Shown here: one piece after another, positions 53,862-63,979 of the stretch | Position numbering within the stretch: the first letter of the stretch is position 1 | How the letters are laid out: every line of letters begins with the position of its first letter | NCBI GenBank assembly: GCA_020847275.1 | Contig: JADLCI010000007.1 | Coordinates: 27,814 to 91,813, forward strand | Direction: 5' to 3' | DNA from: Candidatus Nomurabacteria bacterium | Lineage (GTDB): Bacteria > Patescibacteriota > Minisyncoccia > Phycocordibacterales > JACOZG01 | Length of the DNA stretch: 64,000 nt | Notes under the pieces: generated by a model | What the model was told of the DNA's origin: nothing | What the model saw: the letters and a program-made list of their open reading frames with translations, nothing else | The model's database searches: none | Made by a program: the position numbers and the translations under genes

Positions 53862-56150
53862 ATGACCGCTGCCAAAAATTCACTAAAACAAATTAAGAAA
53901 CGTGATGGCTCGGTTGTCCCTTTCGATCAGTCTCGTATTGTAATTGCCGTACAGAAGGCCATGAGAGCCTCTGGTGAGGGTGACGAGGGGGTTGCGGTTA
54001 AACTGGCCACCGCTGTTACCCGCGATCTTGAAAAACAAATGAAAAAGGCCGGGAGAGAATATGTTCCTGCGGTGGAGGAAGCTCAAGATTTGGTTGAGAA
54101 ACAGTTAATTGCTCACAATCTTGCTGCCGTGGCAAAAGCGTACATCCTCTATCGCCAGCGTCGTACCGAATTGCGTCAGGAGAAAGGAGAAGTTCCTAAG
54201 GAGGTGAGAGAGTTGTCGGCTAAGAGTAAGCAATATTTCCGTAACCAACTTTCGGAGTTTGTTTATCACACTACCTACTCGAAATGGATTCCAGAAAAAA
54301 GACGTCGTGAGACCTGGGTGGAGACGGTTGAGCGTTATATGAGTTTCATGCGGGAGAATCTGGGTAATAAGTTGAAGGAAAGTGAGTACGCTGAAATTCA
54401 ACAATCAATACTAGAGATGAAGGCGCTTGGTTCCATGAGACTTCTTTGGTCAGCTGGTTCTGCGGCACGCAAAACCAATGTGGCCGCCTATAATTGCTCT
54501 TTCACGGCACCATCGAAGTGGCAGGATTTCGCCGAAGTGATGTATATCTTGATGTGTGGCACTGGGGTCGGTTTTTCCGTAGAACATCAAACGGTCGAAA
54601 TGCTACCAATGATCAAGCGACAGACGGGTAAAAAAATATCAACTTTCACCATCCCCGATTCAAAGGAGGGTTGGTGCGATGCCTTTTCTCTTGGTCTGGA
54701 GACTTGGTCCTCGGGGCAGGATATCGAATTTGATTATTCCGCAATTAGACCTCAAGGTTCGCGTTTGGTTACCATGGGTGGGCGTGCTTCGGGGCCAGCG
54801 CCGCTCCGGGCCCTCTTGGATTTCTCACGGGAAAAGATGTTAGCACGCCAAGGTCGCCGACTTTCCACTCTTGATGTCCACGATATTCTTTGTAAGACCG
54901 GTGAAGTTGTGGTGATGGGGGGCGTTCGTCGTTCAGCTCTAATATCCCTCTCGGATGTTGATGATCAAGATATGCGTGAAGCAAAGAATGGACAGTTTTA
55001 TCTTAATCAGCCACAGCGAAGCATGGCCAATAATTCAGCTGTTTATAATGAAAAACCGACGGTGCCACAGTTCTTGGACGAGTGGGTCAATTTGGTTAAA
55101 TCAGGTTCTGGCGAGCGGGGTGTTTTCAATCGCGGTAGCTTGAAGCAGCAGTTGCCAGATAGACGTTGGAAGGTTTTCGAGAAAGATGCTTGGTCTTCAG
55201 GTACTAATCCTTGTGGTGAAATAATTTTGAAATCTAAACAATTTTGTAATCTGTCAGAGGTTGTGGCTCGCGCAGAAGATACGGAGGCGACCCTGGTGAA
55301 GAAGGTTCGTGTGGCTACAATTCTCGGTACTTATCAAGCTACTCTGACTAAGTTTCCTTATTTGTCTAAAGAATGGAAGAAAAATTGCGAGGAGGAGGCC
55401 TTGCTTGGTGTTTCCATCACGGGGCAGTTTGATTCTAAGGTTGTCCGCAATCCAGATGTTTTGCGAAAATTGAAGGAGGTGGCGATTGAAACAAATCGTG
55501 AATATGCCTCTCGCTTTGGTATCAATCCATCCACCTGTATTACCTGTGTTAAGCCATCCGGTAATGGCTCACAACTCTTCGATTCCTCTTCGGGAATGCA
55601 TCCGCGTCATGCGCCCTACTACATTCGCCGTATTCGGATTGAGAATCACAATCCACTTTTCCATATGCTCCGCGATCTTGGAGTGCCGCATCAACCAGAA
55701 GTAGGACAAACTCACGAAACAGCGACAACCTATGTACTGGAGTTCCCGGTGAAAGCGCCAAAAGGGTCTGTCTATAAAGATGAGATTAGCGCCCTTGCTC
55801 AGTTGGAGCACTGGAAGATGCTGAAAGAAAATTTTACCGAACACAATCCATCGACCACGATTTCTGTAGGGGAGGATGAGTGGTTGCAAGTCGGCAACTG
55901 GGTTTATCACCATTGGGATATTGTTGGTGGACTTTCTTTTTTGCCACGGAGCGAGCATGTTTATCGGTTAGCTCCATACGAGGCAATTACCGAGGAACAT
56001 TACACTAAACTAGTAAAAAGTTTTCCGCAGATTGATTTTTCTAAGGTTGTACTTTACGAGTATGATGACGAGACTAGTGGTTCTAAAGAATTGGCCTGCG
56101 TTGCTGGAACCTGCGAGATTGATTTGACTCCAAAAGAGAAGGTTGTATAA
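53862..56150 (+). CDS. nrdJ: Adenosylcobalamin-dependent (class II) ribonucleotide reductase with N-terminal ATP-cone
   Basis: ATP-cone VIKRDGSVVPFDQSRI. The class II core has active-site Cys in NPCGEIIL and FCNLSEV contexts. Confidence 0.88.
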   Translation: MTAAKNSLKQIKKRDGSVVPFDQSRIVIAVQKAMRASGEGDEGVAVKLATAVTRDLEKQMKKAGREYVPAVEEAQDLVEKQLIAHNLAAVAKAYILYRQRRTELRQEKGEVPKEVRELSAKSKQYFRNQLSEFVYHTTYSKWIPEKRRRETWVETVERYMSFMRENLGNKLKESEYAEIQQSILEMKALGSMRLLWSAGSAARKTNVAAYNCSFTAPSKWQDFAEVMYILMCGTGVGFSVEHQTVEMLPMIKRQTGKKISTFTIPDSKEGWCDAFSLGLETWSSGQDIEFDYSAIRPQGSRLVTMGGRASGPAPLRALLDFSREKMLARQGRRLSTLDVHDILCKTGEVVVMGGVRRSALISLSDVDDQDMREAKNGQFYLNQPQRSMANNSAVYNEKPTVPQFLDEWVNLVKSGSGERGVFNRGSLKQQLPDRRWKVFEKDAWSSGTNPCGEIILKSKQFCNLSEVVARAEDTEATLVKKVRVATILGTYQATLTKFPYLSKEWKKNCEEEALLGVSITGQFDSKVVRNPDVLRKLKEVAIETNREYASRFGINPSTCITCVKPSGNGSQLFDSSSGMHPRHAPYYIRRIRIENHNPLFHMLRDLGVPHQPEVGQTHETATTYVLEFPVKAPKGSVYKDEISALAQLEHWKMLKENFTEHNPSTTISVGEDEWLQVGNWVYHHWDIVGGLSFLPRSEHVYRLAPYEAITEEHYTKLVKSFPQIDFSKVVLYEYDDETSGSKELACVAGTCEIDLTPKEKVV

Positions 56151-56158
56151 TCAGAGTA

Positions 56159-56463
56159 GTCTGGTGTCGGGTAGTTGCTCTCGTTTCGGAATTTGAGACG
56201 GGAGAGGAAAGTCCGAACACTTATCCATCAAAAGGTGGATTAAAATGGTAGCGGGTAATGCCCGTCCGGAGCAATCCGTGAGGTGCGAACAGAGACGAGC
56301 TCCTTCAGTGGAGGTGAAACGGCTAAATCCTTACCCAAGTGCAAGGTCGTGCCCCGCTATTTGCGGGGAGTGCCGCTAGAGGCTAATGGTGACATTAGTC
56401 CCAGATAAATAACTATCTCCTTGTCTAAGATAGGGAACAGAATTCGGCTTATAGACACCAGAC
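56159..56463 (+). ncRNA. rnpB: RNase P RNA (bacterial type A-like, reduced)
   Basis: P4 strands GGAAAGTCCGAAC (about 56208) and ACAGAATTCGGCTTATAG (about 56437). Conserved AGTGGAGGTGAAACGGCTAAATCC... region. P1 helix GTCTGGTGTC at 56159-56168 pairs with GACACCAGAC at 56454-56463. Confidence 0.85.
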
Positions 56464-56474
56464 AAAGAGTCAAA

Positions 56475-56502
56475 AATCCTCGCCACAAGCGGGGATTTTT
56501 GC
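56475..56502 (+). terminator. Rho-independent terminator after the RNase P RNA
   Basis: AATCCTCGC-CACAA-GCGGGGATT followed by TTTT, with one G-U pair in the stem. Confidence 0.6.
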
Positions 56503-56524
56503 TACGATTAGAGACTAAATTATA

Positions 56525-58204
56525 ATGGTCAAACACGTTTGGCGATTACTCAATAAGGAATGGTCCGGCCTGCACGAGGCGGCATATCTCCTTGGTTTTT
56601 TTGCCCTTTTTTCGCAAATGCTTGCCCTTGTGCGGGATCGTTTATTTGCCTACACCTTTGGCGCTTCGCACACGCTTGATCTTTATTACGCCGCTTTTCG
56701 GATTCCTGATTTCATCTTTGTTTCACTTGGCTCGTTAGTTTCCCTTTCTGTCCTCATCCCTTTTTTGTTGGAGAAAATTGATCAATCAGACAGCGAGGCG
56801 CGCTCTTTTCTCAGTCAACTTTTTTCGTTCTTTCTTATCCTAATGGTTGTTGTTGGTGTGACTGCCTGGTTTCTCACACCTCGTTTATTGCCATGGCTAT
56901 TCCCAAGCTACGTTGGTGGAGAATTTTATTCGGAATTGGTCGCAATGAGTCGGATTCTACTGCTCTCGCCGATTTTGCTTGGTCTCTCAAACTTTCTTGC
57001 AAGCATTACCCAGATCTATAAGAGGTTTTTCATCTATGCGATTTCGCCACTGCTCTATAACCTTGGAATTATTATCGGTATTCTCTTCCTCTATCCATTT
57101 TTTGGACTTAGTGGTCTTGCTTGGGGTGTTGTGCTTGGGGCATTTTGCCACCTGCTGATTCAAGTTCCTTTTGTGATCCAACAAGGACTATGGCCACGTT
57201 TCCGTTTTCGGGTTGATTTTCGATCCATTAGACGGGTCATGACCGTCTCGCTGCCTCGCACTATCACTCTTTCGGCAAACGAGCTGTCAAAGCTCTTTTT
57301 AATAGCACTTGCTGCCACTCTTGCGACCGGCTCGATATCTGTTTTCAGTTTTGCCTTCAATCTTCAGGCGGTGCCACTATCTATTATTGGTGTTTCTTAT
57401 TCTCTCGCCGCCTTCCCGTCACTTACGCGATTCTTTTTGCGGGGAGAACATGAGCAGTTTATCAAACAGATGATCACTTCGGCCCAACACATTATTTTCT
57501 GGATCCTACCAGCCACGGTGCTTTTCATCGTTCTTCGGGCGCAGATTGTTCGTACCATTCTCGGTTCTGGTCAATTTGATTGGTCTGATACACGTCTCAC
57601 GGCAGCCACACTTGCTCTTTTCGCGGTGTCGCTCGTTCCCCAGGCATTAGCACTTCTTTTTGTCCGGTCCTATTATGCTCGCGGCAAAACTTGGCAACCG
57701 CTTCTTTGGAATAGTGTTGCTTCCGCGGTCGTTATCATTGGGAGTTACATTTTAATTCAAGTCTTTCAACAGGCACCGATTTTTCGTTATTTTATAGAGT
57801 CTCTTTTCAAGGTTGATGATATTTCTGGTGGAGAAGTCTTAATGCTTCCGCTTGCCTTTTCTTTCGGGCTTTTTGTTAATCTGTTTGCGCACTGGCGTTC
57901 TTTCCATTATGACTTCCCGAGCTTTTCTCGTCCGGTTTTGCGTACATTTTGGCACAGTTTTTCTGCTTCTGTTCTTGCGGGCGGTGTGGCTTACCTGGGT
58001 CTAAATCTTTTCAGCACCGTTTTTGACCTCAACACCTTCTGGGGGATTTTCTTGCAAGGACTGCTGTCCGGGATTATGGGTATTATTGCAGCGATTATCG
58101 TTCTTGGTTTAATGAAAAGTCATGAGTTGAAAGAGATTTGGCAAACACTTCACCGTCGGATCTGGGGGGTGCAGATTATTGGTCCCGACCCTGATATGAT
58201 TTAG
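56525..58204 (+). CDS. murJ: Lipid II flippase MurJ (MviN)
   Basis: About 14 TM helices. N-terminal LALVRDRLFAYTFGAS...DLYYAAFRIPDF is the MurJ signature. Confidence 0.9.
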   Translation: MVKHVWRLLNKEWSGLHEAAYLLGFFALFSQMLALVRDRLFAYTFGASHTLDLYYAAFRIPDFIFVSLGSLVSLSVLIPFLLEKIDQSDSEARSFLSQLFSFFLILMVVVGVTAWFLTPRLLPWLFPSYVGGEFYSELVAMSRILLLSPILLGLSNFLASITQIYKRFFIYAISPLLYNLGIIIGILFLYPFFGLSGLAWGVVLGAFCHLLIQVPFVIQQGLWPRFRFRVDFRSIRRVMTVSLPRTITLSANELSKLFLIALAATLATGSISVFSFAFNLQAVPLSIIGVSYSLAAFPSLTRFFLRGEHEQFIKQMITSAQHIIFWILPATVLFIVLRAQIVRTILGSGQFDWSDTRLTAATLALFAVSLVPQALALLFVRSYYARGKTWQPLLWNSVASAVVIIGSYILIQVFQQAPIFRYFIESLFKVDDISGGEVLMLPLAFSFGLFVNLFAHWRSFHYDFPSFSRPVLRTFWHSFSASVLAGGVAYLGLNLFSTVFDLNTFWGIFLQGLLSGIMGIIAAIIVLGLMKSHELKEIWQTLHRRIWGVQIIGPDPDMI

Positions 58205-58272
58205 GCTCCATTCTAGAAAATGCGACCAGGTGTTTTTTTGCGTTTTATCAGATTTACTATAGAGTTTAACAA

Positions 58273-60072
58273 ATGGATTTATCCCACATCAGAAACTTTT
58301 CAATTATTGCCCATATTGATCACGGCAAGTCTACTCTGGCGGATAGGTTGTTGGAGTTAACGAATACGGTTGAGAAACGTAAGATGCGAGCGCAGGTGTT
58401 GGATATGATGGAGCTTGAACGGGAACGGGGAATTACCATCAAGATGCAACCCGTTCGAATGAAGTATCAAACTGGCGGTGGGGATTATTTATTGAATTTA
58501 ATTGATACGCCCGGGCATATCGACTTCTCCTACGAAGTTTCGCGGGCGCTTCAGGCGGTGGAGGGGGTTCTTCTGCTTGTGGACGCCACTCAGGGTGTGC
58601 AGGCGCAGACTTTCACTGTTTTGAACATGGCTCGTGAGTTCAATCTTGTGATTATTCCAGTAATCAACAAAATTGATTCACCAATCGCCCGGCTTCATGA
58701 GACCGAACAAGAAATCATGGAATTGTTAAAGTGCTCATCGGCGGAAATTTTGCGGGTGTCGGGAAAGACGGGTGAGGGGGTGGGCGAGTTGTTGGAAAAA
58801 ATTGTGACGAGAATTCCTGCGCCCAAAACAGAGTTTGTTGGTAACGATCCTCGTGCCCTAGTTTTTGATTATTCTTACTCAAACCACCAGGGTGTTATTA
58901 TTTACGCCAGAGTGTTTGATGGCGAAATTAGGAGGGGGTCGGAGCTAAGCTTTAGTGCTACGGGTGACAAGTTCGTGGTGCTAGAGGTCGGGTCTTTTTT
59001 ACCGGAGAAGCATTCCCTTGCTAGTTTGGTGGCGGGAGAGATTGGTTATATTGTGACGGGTTTGAAGCGGGCTGGACAGGCTAAGGTGGGTGATACGGTT
59101 ACGAGTGTTTCGCGAGCGCTACCCGCTTTTCCCGGATATCGTGAACCAGAGCCGGTTGTTTGGGCCAGCGTTTATCCCGAGAATGCTGATGATTTTACAT
59201 TACTTCGGCAATCATTGGAGCGGTTACGGCTTTCCGATGCCGCTTTGTCGTTCGTCGAAGAGTCCTCTGGTTCGCTGGGGCGTGGTTTTCGAGCGGGATT
59301 CTTGGGTTTACTACATTTGGAAATTATCGTCGAAAGACTGAAGAGAGAATTTAATCTCACTCTAGTTGTTACCACCCCATCTATTGGTTATGAGGTGAAA
59401 GATTTAGCAACCGGGAAGACAACCTTAATCTACGCGCCGCATCTCTTCCCTGCCGACACACGTGGTTATGAGGTGATGGAGCCGTGGGTCAGCGCTTCCA
59501 TCATTTTGCCACCGAGCTATCTTGGGAATGTCATTAAATTATTTAACAGTCACGAAGTTTTATTACTGACAACCAATAATTTTAGCGAGGATCGTTCGGT
59601 CTTGGAGGTAGAGCTTCCTCTCCGAGAACTGATGAGGCACTTTTTTGATGAGTTGAAAAGTGTCTCATCAGGCTTCGCCTCTTTCTCCTATCAATTATGT
59701 GGGTTACGACGCGCTGAGGTGGTGAGGCTCGATGTTTTGGTCGGGGGCGAGACTGTGGCCCCCTTTGCTCGGGTGGTCTCCCGGGCCAAAATGGAAGAAG
59801 AGGCTAAGGCGGTTGTGGAAAAGTTGTTCAAAGTTTTACCACGTCAATTAATTACGATTAAAATTCAAGCTCAGGCACTGGGACGGATAATTTCCTCACG
59901 GACTATCTCTGCTCTCCGTAAGGATGTGACCGACTATCTATACGGTGGGGATATTACTCGGAAGATGAAATTGCGCGAGAAGCAGAAGAAGGGAAAGAAA
60001 AAAATGCAGAACATTGGCTCGGTGAATATTCCACCAGAAGTTTTCCTTCGGATGGTCGGTTCAGACAAATAG
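58273..60072 (+). CDS. lepA: Elongation factor 4 (LepA)
   Basis: IRNFSIIAHIDHGKSTLADRLL, DTPGHIDFSYEVSR, NKID. LepA-specific C-terminal domain. Confidence 0.95.
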   Translation: MDLSHIRNFSIIAHIDHGKSTLADRLLELTNTVEKRKMRAQVLDMMELERERGITIKMQPVRMKYQTGGGDYLLNLIDTPGHIDFSYEVSRALQAVEGVLLLVDATQGVQAQTFTVLNMAREFNLVIIPVINKIDSPIARLHETEQEIMELLKCSSAEILRVSGKTGEGVGELLEKIVTRIPAPKTEFVGNDPRALVFDYSYSNHQGVIIYARVFDGEIRRGSELSFSATGDKFVVLEVGSFLPEKHSLASLVAGEIGYIVTGLKRAGQAKVGDTVTSVSRALPAFPGYREPEPVVWASVYPENADDFTLLRQSLERLRLSDAALSFVEESSGSLGRGFRAGFLGLLHLEIIVERLKREFNLTLVVTTPSIGYEVKDLATGKTTLIYAPHLFPADTRGYEVMEPWVSASIILPPSYLGNVIKLFNSHEVLLLTTNNFSEDRSVLEVELPLRELMRHFFDELKSVSSGFASFSYQLCGLRRAEVVRLDVLVGGETVAPFARVVSRAKMEEEAKAVVEKLFKVLPRQLITIKIQAQALGRIISSRTISALRKDVTDYLYGGDITRKMKLREKQKKGKKKMQNIGSVNIPPEVFLRMVGSDK

Positions 60073-60192
60073 CGGGGAACTATAAAGTAAGACCATTCCC
60101 AAAATAACAATAATGCCCACTATCGTCCAGACTAGTTGCAATCCTTTTCGATGTCTTTTATTTAAAATCATTTCCAGTTAGTATAAAGCAGA

Positions 60193-60552
60193 ATGATTAA
60201 ACGGCCAAGTAATCTCGGTTGGCGGCGCTGGCTCTATACTCGAGTGTCAATCGTCGCTATTGCACTCGTCGCGCTTCTACTTGGACGGGCGGGCTGGCAA
60301 GTTTTCTGGAAACAGCGCCTGGTGATAAATGATCGGGCGCAGGTGGAGAGCGAGCTCTCGGCGCTAATGGCCCGAGAACAGAAATTGCGGGCGGAAATCG
60401 ACCTCTTAAAAAGCGAGTCAGGGTTAGAGGGGAAGATTCGAGAGAAATTCTCGGTTGTTAAAGAAGGAGAGAAGGTGATTGCAATCGTTGCCAGAGATAA
60501 GGCCACAACAAGCACTACGACGGCGGAGAGGAGGTCGTGGTGGCCTTTTTAG
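60193..60552 (+). CDS. FtsB/DivIC-like septum-formation initiator (single TM plus coiled coil)
   Basis: N-terminal TM VSIVAIALVALLL, then a heptad-rich segment ESELSALMAREQKLRAEIDLLKSE. Confidence 0.55.
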   Translation: MIKRPSNLGWRRWLYTRVSIVAIALVALLLGRAGWQVFWKQRLVINDRAQVESELSALMAREQKLRAEIDLLKSESGLEGKIREKFSVVKEGEKVIAIVARDKATTSTTTAERRSWWPF

Positions 60553-60562
60553 ATCTTTATTT

Positions 60563-60633
60563 GCGGGGTTAGTTCAGTGGCAGAATGAGTGCTTCCCAAG
60601 CATTAGACGCGAGTTCGATTCTCGCATCCCGCA
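60563..60633 (+). tRNA. tRNA-Gly (anticodon CCC)
   Basis: Cloverleaf: acceptor GCGGGGT/ATCCCGC, D-arm GTTC-AGTGGCA-GAAT, anticodon arm AGTGC-TTCCCAA-GCATT, T-arm GCGAG-TTCGATT-CTCGC. No CCA is encoded. Confidence 0.9.
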
Positions 60634-60717
60634 CTTGCAAGTTTAGGATAACCATGTTACTTTCTTGGTAGTCGTTTTTTTGGTGTTTTCGGTGCTTTCA
60701 CGAACAGGAGAAAACAA

Positions 60718-60999
60718 ATGGAATTGAATCGGGATTCAGTCAAGGATACCGTGTTAAAGATTGTCGCTGATCATCTGGGTAAGGATAAAAATATCATTAC
60801 CGAAGAGAGCAATTTTGTCGAAGATCTTGATGCTGATTCTCTGGATACGGTTGAAATCGTCATGTCGTTTGAAGACGAGTTTGAGATTTCCGTTCCTGAC
60901 GAGGAGGCCGAAAAATTGACCACCGTTGGTTCGGTGATTGAGTACATTTGTGTCAGTCTGCGCAAGGCAGAAAATTATGAAAAGGCCGACCCGCCATAG
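60718..60999 (+). CDS. acpP: Acyl carrier protein with a roughly 15-aa C-terminal extension
   Basis: Phosphopantetheine-attachment motif DLDADSLDTVEIVM. AGGAG RBS. Confidence 0.85.
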   Translation: MELNRDSVKDTVLKIVADHLGKDKNIITEESNFVEDLDADSLDTVEIVMSFEDEFEISVPDEEAEKLTTVGSVIEYICVSLRKAENYEKADPP

Positions 61000-61012
61000 G
61001 GCGGCCTTTTTT
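60984..61012 (+). terminator. Rho-independent terminator (GC hairpin plus T6) overlapping the ACP stop
   Basis: GGCCGACCCGCC-ATAG-GGCGGCC followed by TTTTTT. Confidence 0.75.
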
Positions 61013-61055
61013 CTTGCAAAATCAAATTTTTCTGTTAGAATTGGTTTCTTAAATT

Positions 61056-62969
61056 ATGCCCCCCCTTTCTACTAAACCAAACCGTTCACCACGCCAGATT
61101 ATGACTCAATTCGGCGGGCAAATTATCCTGACAATTCTAATTCTGTTTGTTCTTATCGGCGCCTATTCTTCTTTGAAAAATAATGAAACCACAATACGAG
61201 AAGTACCCATCTCCGAATTGGCGAAATCAATTACAGAAGGCGTGGTTACGGAGGTCTCTGTTAGTGGCGATACACTGGAGGCGACGCTTCAGTCGGGCGA
61301 GATGGTAAGGTCCAAGAAAGAAACCGAGACCGCTCTCTCCAGCGCCCTCCAGAATTACGGCGTGACTTCAGATAAGTTGGCCGCGGTAACAGTGAACGTG
61401 AAAGAGCCCAGCGGCCTTTCTTTCTGGGTCGCAAATCTATTACCGTTTCTTATTCCTCTGGTTTTTATCCTTTTTTTGTTTTGGTATATTTCGCGTCAGG
61501 TGAAGGGGGCTTCAATGCAGGCACTCTCTTTCGGCCAGTCGAAGGCGAAGATTATTGACCCGAACGATTCTGGGCAGCGCATCACTTTCAAGGATGTCGC
61601 TGGTGTTCGTGAGGCCAAGGAGGAACTTCTAGAGATTGTCGACTTTTTGAAAAATCCAAAGAAGTTTCTAGATATTGGGGCTCGGATTCCAAAAGGGGTC
61701 CTTTTGATGGGTGCCCCCGGTACTGGTAAAACTTTGCTTGCTCGAGCGGTGGCTGGTGAGGCGCAGGTTCCTTTTCTCTATCTTTCTGGCTCCGACTTCG
61801 TGGAGATGTTTGTGGGTGTTGGTGCTTCTCGGGTGCGTGATTTATTTCGTCTGGCGAAGAAGTTGGCCCCGTCAATTATTTTCATTGATGAAATTGATGC
61901 CATTGGTCGACATCGGGGGAGTGGCATGGGTGGAGGCAACGATGAACGAGAGCAAACCCTTAATCAAATTTTGGTCGAGATGGACGGTTTTGAGCCAAAT
62001 GAGAAATTGATTGTAATGGCGGCCACCAACCGACCGGATGTTCTTGACCCAGCTTTGCTTCGTCCGGGGCGCTTTGATCGACGTGTTGTTCTGGATAATC
62101 CAGACATCCGTGACCGAGAGGAAATTCTTCAAATCTACGCGCGACAGAAACCACTTGGGCCAGATGTTAACTTGCGCATTATTGCTGAGCGGACACCGGG
62201 GTTTTCTGGTGCCGATCTTGCGAACCTAATGAATGAGGGAGCAATTCTGGCGGCCCGGGAGAGTCGTTCGGAGATTACCCAGTTTGATTTAATCAGAAGT
62301 GTGGAGAAGGTGATGCTTGGCCCAGAACGCAAGAGCCACATTCTTTCCATTAAGGAAAAGAAAATTACCGCTTATCACGAAATGGGGCATGCTTTGGTTG
62401 CGAGTGTTCTGCCTGACGCTGACCCGGTTCATAAAGTTTCAATTATTTCTCGTGGGCATGCCGCTGGATATACCCTCAAGCTTCCACTAGAAGATCGCAA
62501 ATTACAGTCGCGCCAGGAATTCTTGGATGATATCGCGATGTCGCTTGGTGGTTACGCCGCCGAGCAGCTCATTTTCGGTGATATTACCACTGGAGCCTCT
62601 AACGATATTGCGGTGTCCACATCTCTGGCCAGAAGCATGGTGACGAAATATGGAATGAGCGATAAACTTGGACCAATCGCTTTTGACTCCGGTGGAAGTA
62701 AAATGTGGTGGGGTGGGGCGACGGGGAGTGAGACTTATTCGTCAGAGACTGTCCAGACGGCCATTGATGGTGAGGTGGCCAAGATTATGACCGAAGCCCT
62801 CACGCGGGCGAAAAAAGTTTTAAACGAAAATCGCAAGGCGCTAGATAAGATGTCGGAGGAGTTAATTAAGGTGGAGACGATTGATCGGGAGGATTTCGAC
62901 AAACTCCTTATCCTCAATGGCATCAAGCCGAAAGTCGCCGATCTCGCCGATGGTGCTAAAATAGGTTAG
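61056..62969 (+). CDS. ftsH: ATP-dependent zinc metalloprotease FtsH
   Basis: Walker [22 protein letters not shown] region. HEMGHAL zinc-binding motif. Confidence 0.95.
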   Translation: MPPLSTKPNRSPRQIMTQFGGQIILTILILFVLIGAYSSLKNNETTIREVPISELAKSITEGVVTEVSVSGDTLEATLQSGEMVRSKKETETALSSALQNYGVTSDKLAAVTVNVKEPSGLSFWVANLLPFLIPLVFILFLFWYISRQVKGASMQALSFGQSKAKIIDPNDSGQRITFKDVAGVREAKEELLEIVDFLKNPKKFLDIGARIPKGVLLMGAPGTGKTLLARAVAGEAQVPFLYLSGSDFVEMFVGVGASRVRDLFRLAKKLAPSIIFIDEIDAIGRHRGSGMGGGNDEREQTLNQILVEMDGFEPNEKLIVMAATNRPDVLDPALLRPGRFDRRVVLDNPDIRDREEILQIYARQKPLGPDVNLRIIAERTPGFSGADLANLMNEGAILAARESRSEITQFDLIRSVEKVMLGPERKSHILSIKEKKITAYHEMGHALVASVLPDADPVHKVSIISRGHAAGYTLKLPLEDRKLQSRQEFLDDIAMSLGGYAAEQLIFGDITTGASNDIAVSTSLARSMVTKYGMSDKLGPIAFDSGGSKMWWGGATGSETYSSETVQTAIDGEVAKIMTEALTRAKKVLNENRKALDKMSEELIKVETIDREDFDKLLILNGIKPKVADLADGAKIG

Positions 62970-62979
62970 CCTCGGCCCG

Positions 62980-63053
62980 GCACGCGTAGCTCAGTTGGTT
63001 AGAGCACCGAGCTTATACCTCGGCGGTCCTTGGTTCGAATCCAAGCGCGTGCA
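62980..63053 (+). tRNA. tRNA-Ile with genomically encoded UAU anticodon
   Basis: Acceptor GCACGCG/CGCGTGC, D-arm GCTC-AGTTGGTTA-GAGC, anticodon arm CCGAG-CTTATAC-CTCGG (U33, TAT at 63014-63016, A37), T-arm CTTGG-TTCGAAT-CCAAG. Confidence 0.82.
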
Positions 63054-63072
63054 CAGAGTCTCTTTTCCCCTA

Positions 63073-63101
63073 TTGACAAACAGTTTCCACTATGCTAGAC
63101 T
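63073..63101 (+). promoter_or_regulatory. Strong sigma70-like promoter TTGACA-17-TAGACT downstream of tRNA-Ile
   Basis: TTGACA at 63073-63078 and TAGACT at 63096-63101. Confidence 0.5.
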
Positions 63102-63256
63102 CTAGCCAGTAGTCCTTTTACACCTAACTTGCATTTCGCCATAGCAGAAAGTGGCTCAACCCAGGGCTATTCTCTGCTGTGGCGAAGAACCCAGCGAACA
63201 ATAAACCAGAGCATGCTGCGTAGTCAGCGAGCTCACAACACGAAAGGACATGCTAT

Positions 63257-63979
63257 ATGAATAGCGAGTTCACACTCAGTCAGGGATCAGGACAGAAACT
63301 GGAGTTTGCCGTTCAGCGTAACGGCGGCACCACCGAAGACATCGAATACTTGAGCACCGGCGACAACTTCCGTGCGGTCTCACTGCTGCGGACAGGGAAA
63401 GCCAAACTCGTCGAAGTCTCCGAGAACGGGTCCGAAGGCGCGGTCATTCCGACTGCTCCGACACTCGTCGAATGGACCACCGACAGCGACGGCATCATCC
63501 ACTTCACGCTCATCTCAAATGGCCTTACCCGCAAACAGTGGGAACGTCACCTCGAAAGCCGTGGCTTCCGTCTCTCCGATTGGGCTCGCAATGTGCTCCG
63601 TCGCGCGAGCGAAGCTCCGACCAACGGCGTGGCCTATCACATCGTCGTTCGCCCCGGCAGCAAGATCGCTTCACGCAATCGCGTCACGAAGAAGATTCGT
63701 GCTCACGCTGCCGACAAGGGCTGGAAGACTCCCCATTGGGAAGTCGCTTGCCTCATCCGCGATAGGTTCTCGGATGAACAGCTCGAGAAGATGGGACTGT
63801 GGTGGATCGTCACCATGCACGAACCCATCACTGATTCCGACGGCGATCCGTACTTGCTCTACTCCTGCCGGCTCGCTGGTGGTCGTTGGCTCTTCGCCCA
63901 CTATTTCAGGCCTGACGTCGAGTGGGATGCCCCCGGTGGGTTTGCGTTCGTTGTCTCGCAAGTCAGTCCTCAAACCTAA
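63257..63979 (+). CDS. Hypothetical protein, GC-rich (about 58 to 60 %), likely horizontally acquired
   Basis: 240-aa ORF with codon usage and GC clearly different from the rest of the window. It lies directly downstream of a tRNA gene with its own promoter and a long structured 5' UTR. Confidence 0.55.
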   Translation: MNSEFTLSQGSGQKLEFAVQRNGGTTEDIEYLSTGDNFRAVSLLRTGKAKLVEVSENGSEGAVIPTAPTLVEWTTDSDGIIHFTLISNGLTRKQWERHLESRGFRLSDWARNVLRRASEAPTNGVAYHIVVRPGSKIASRNRVTKKIRAHAADKGWKTPHWEVACLIRDRFSDEQLEKMGLWWIVTMHEPITDSDGDPYLLYSCRLAGGRWLFAHYFRPDVEWDAPGGFAFVVSQVSPQT

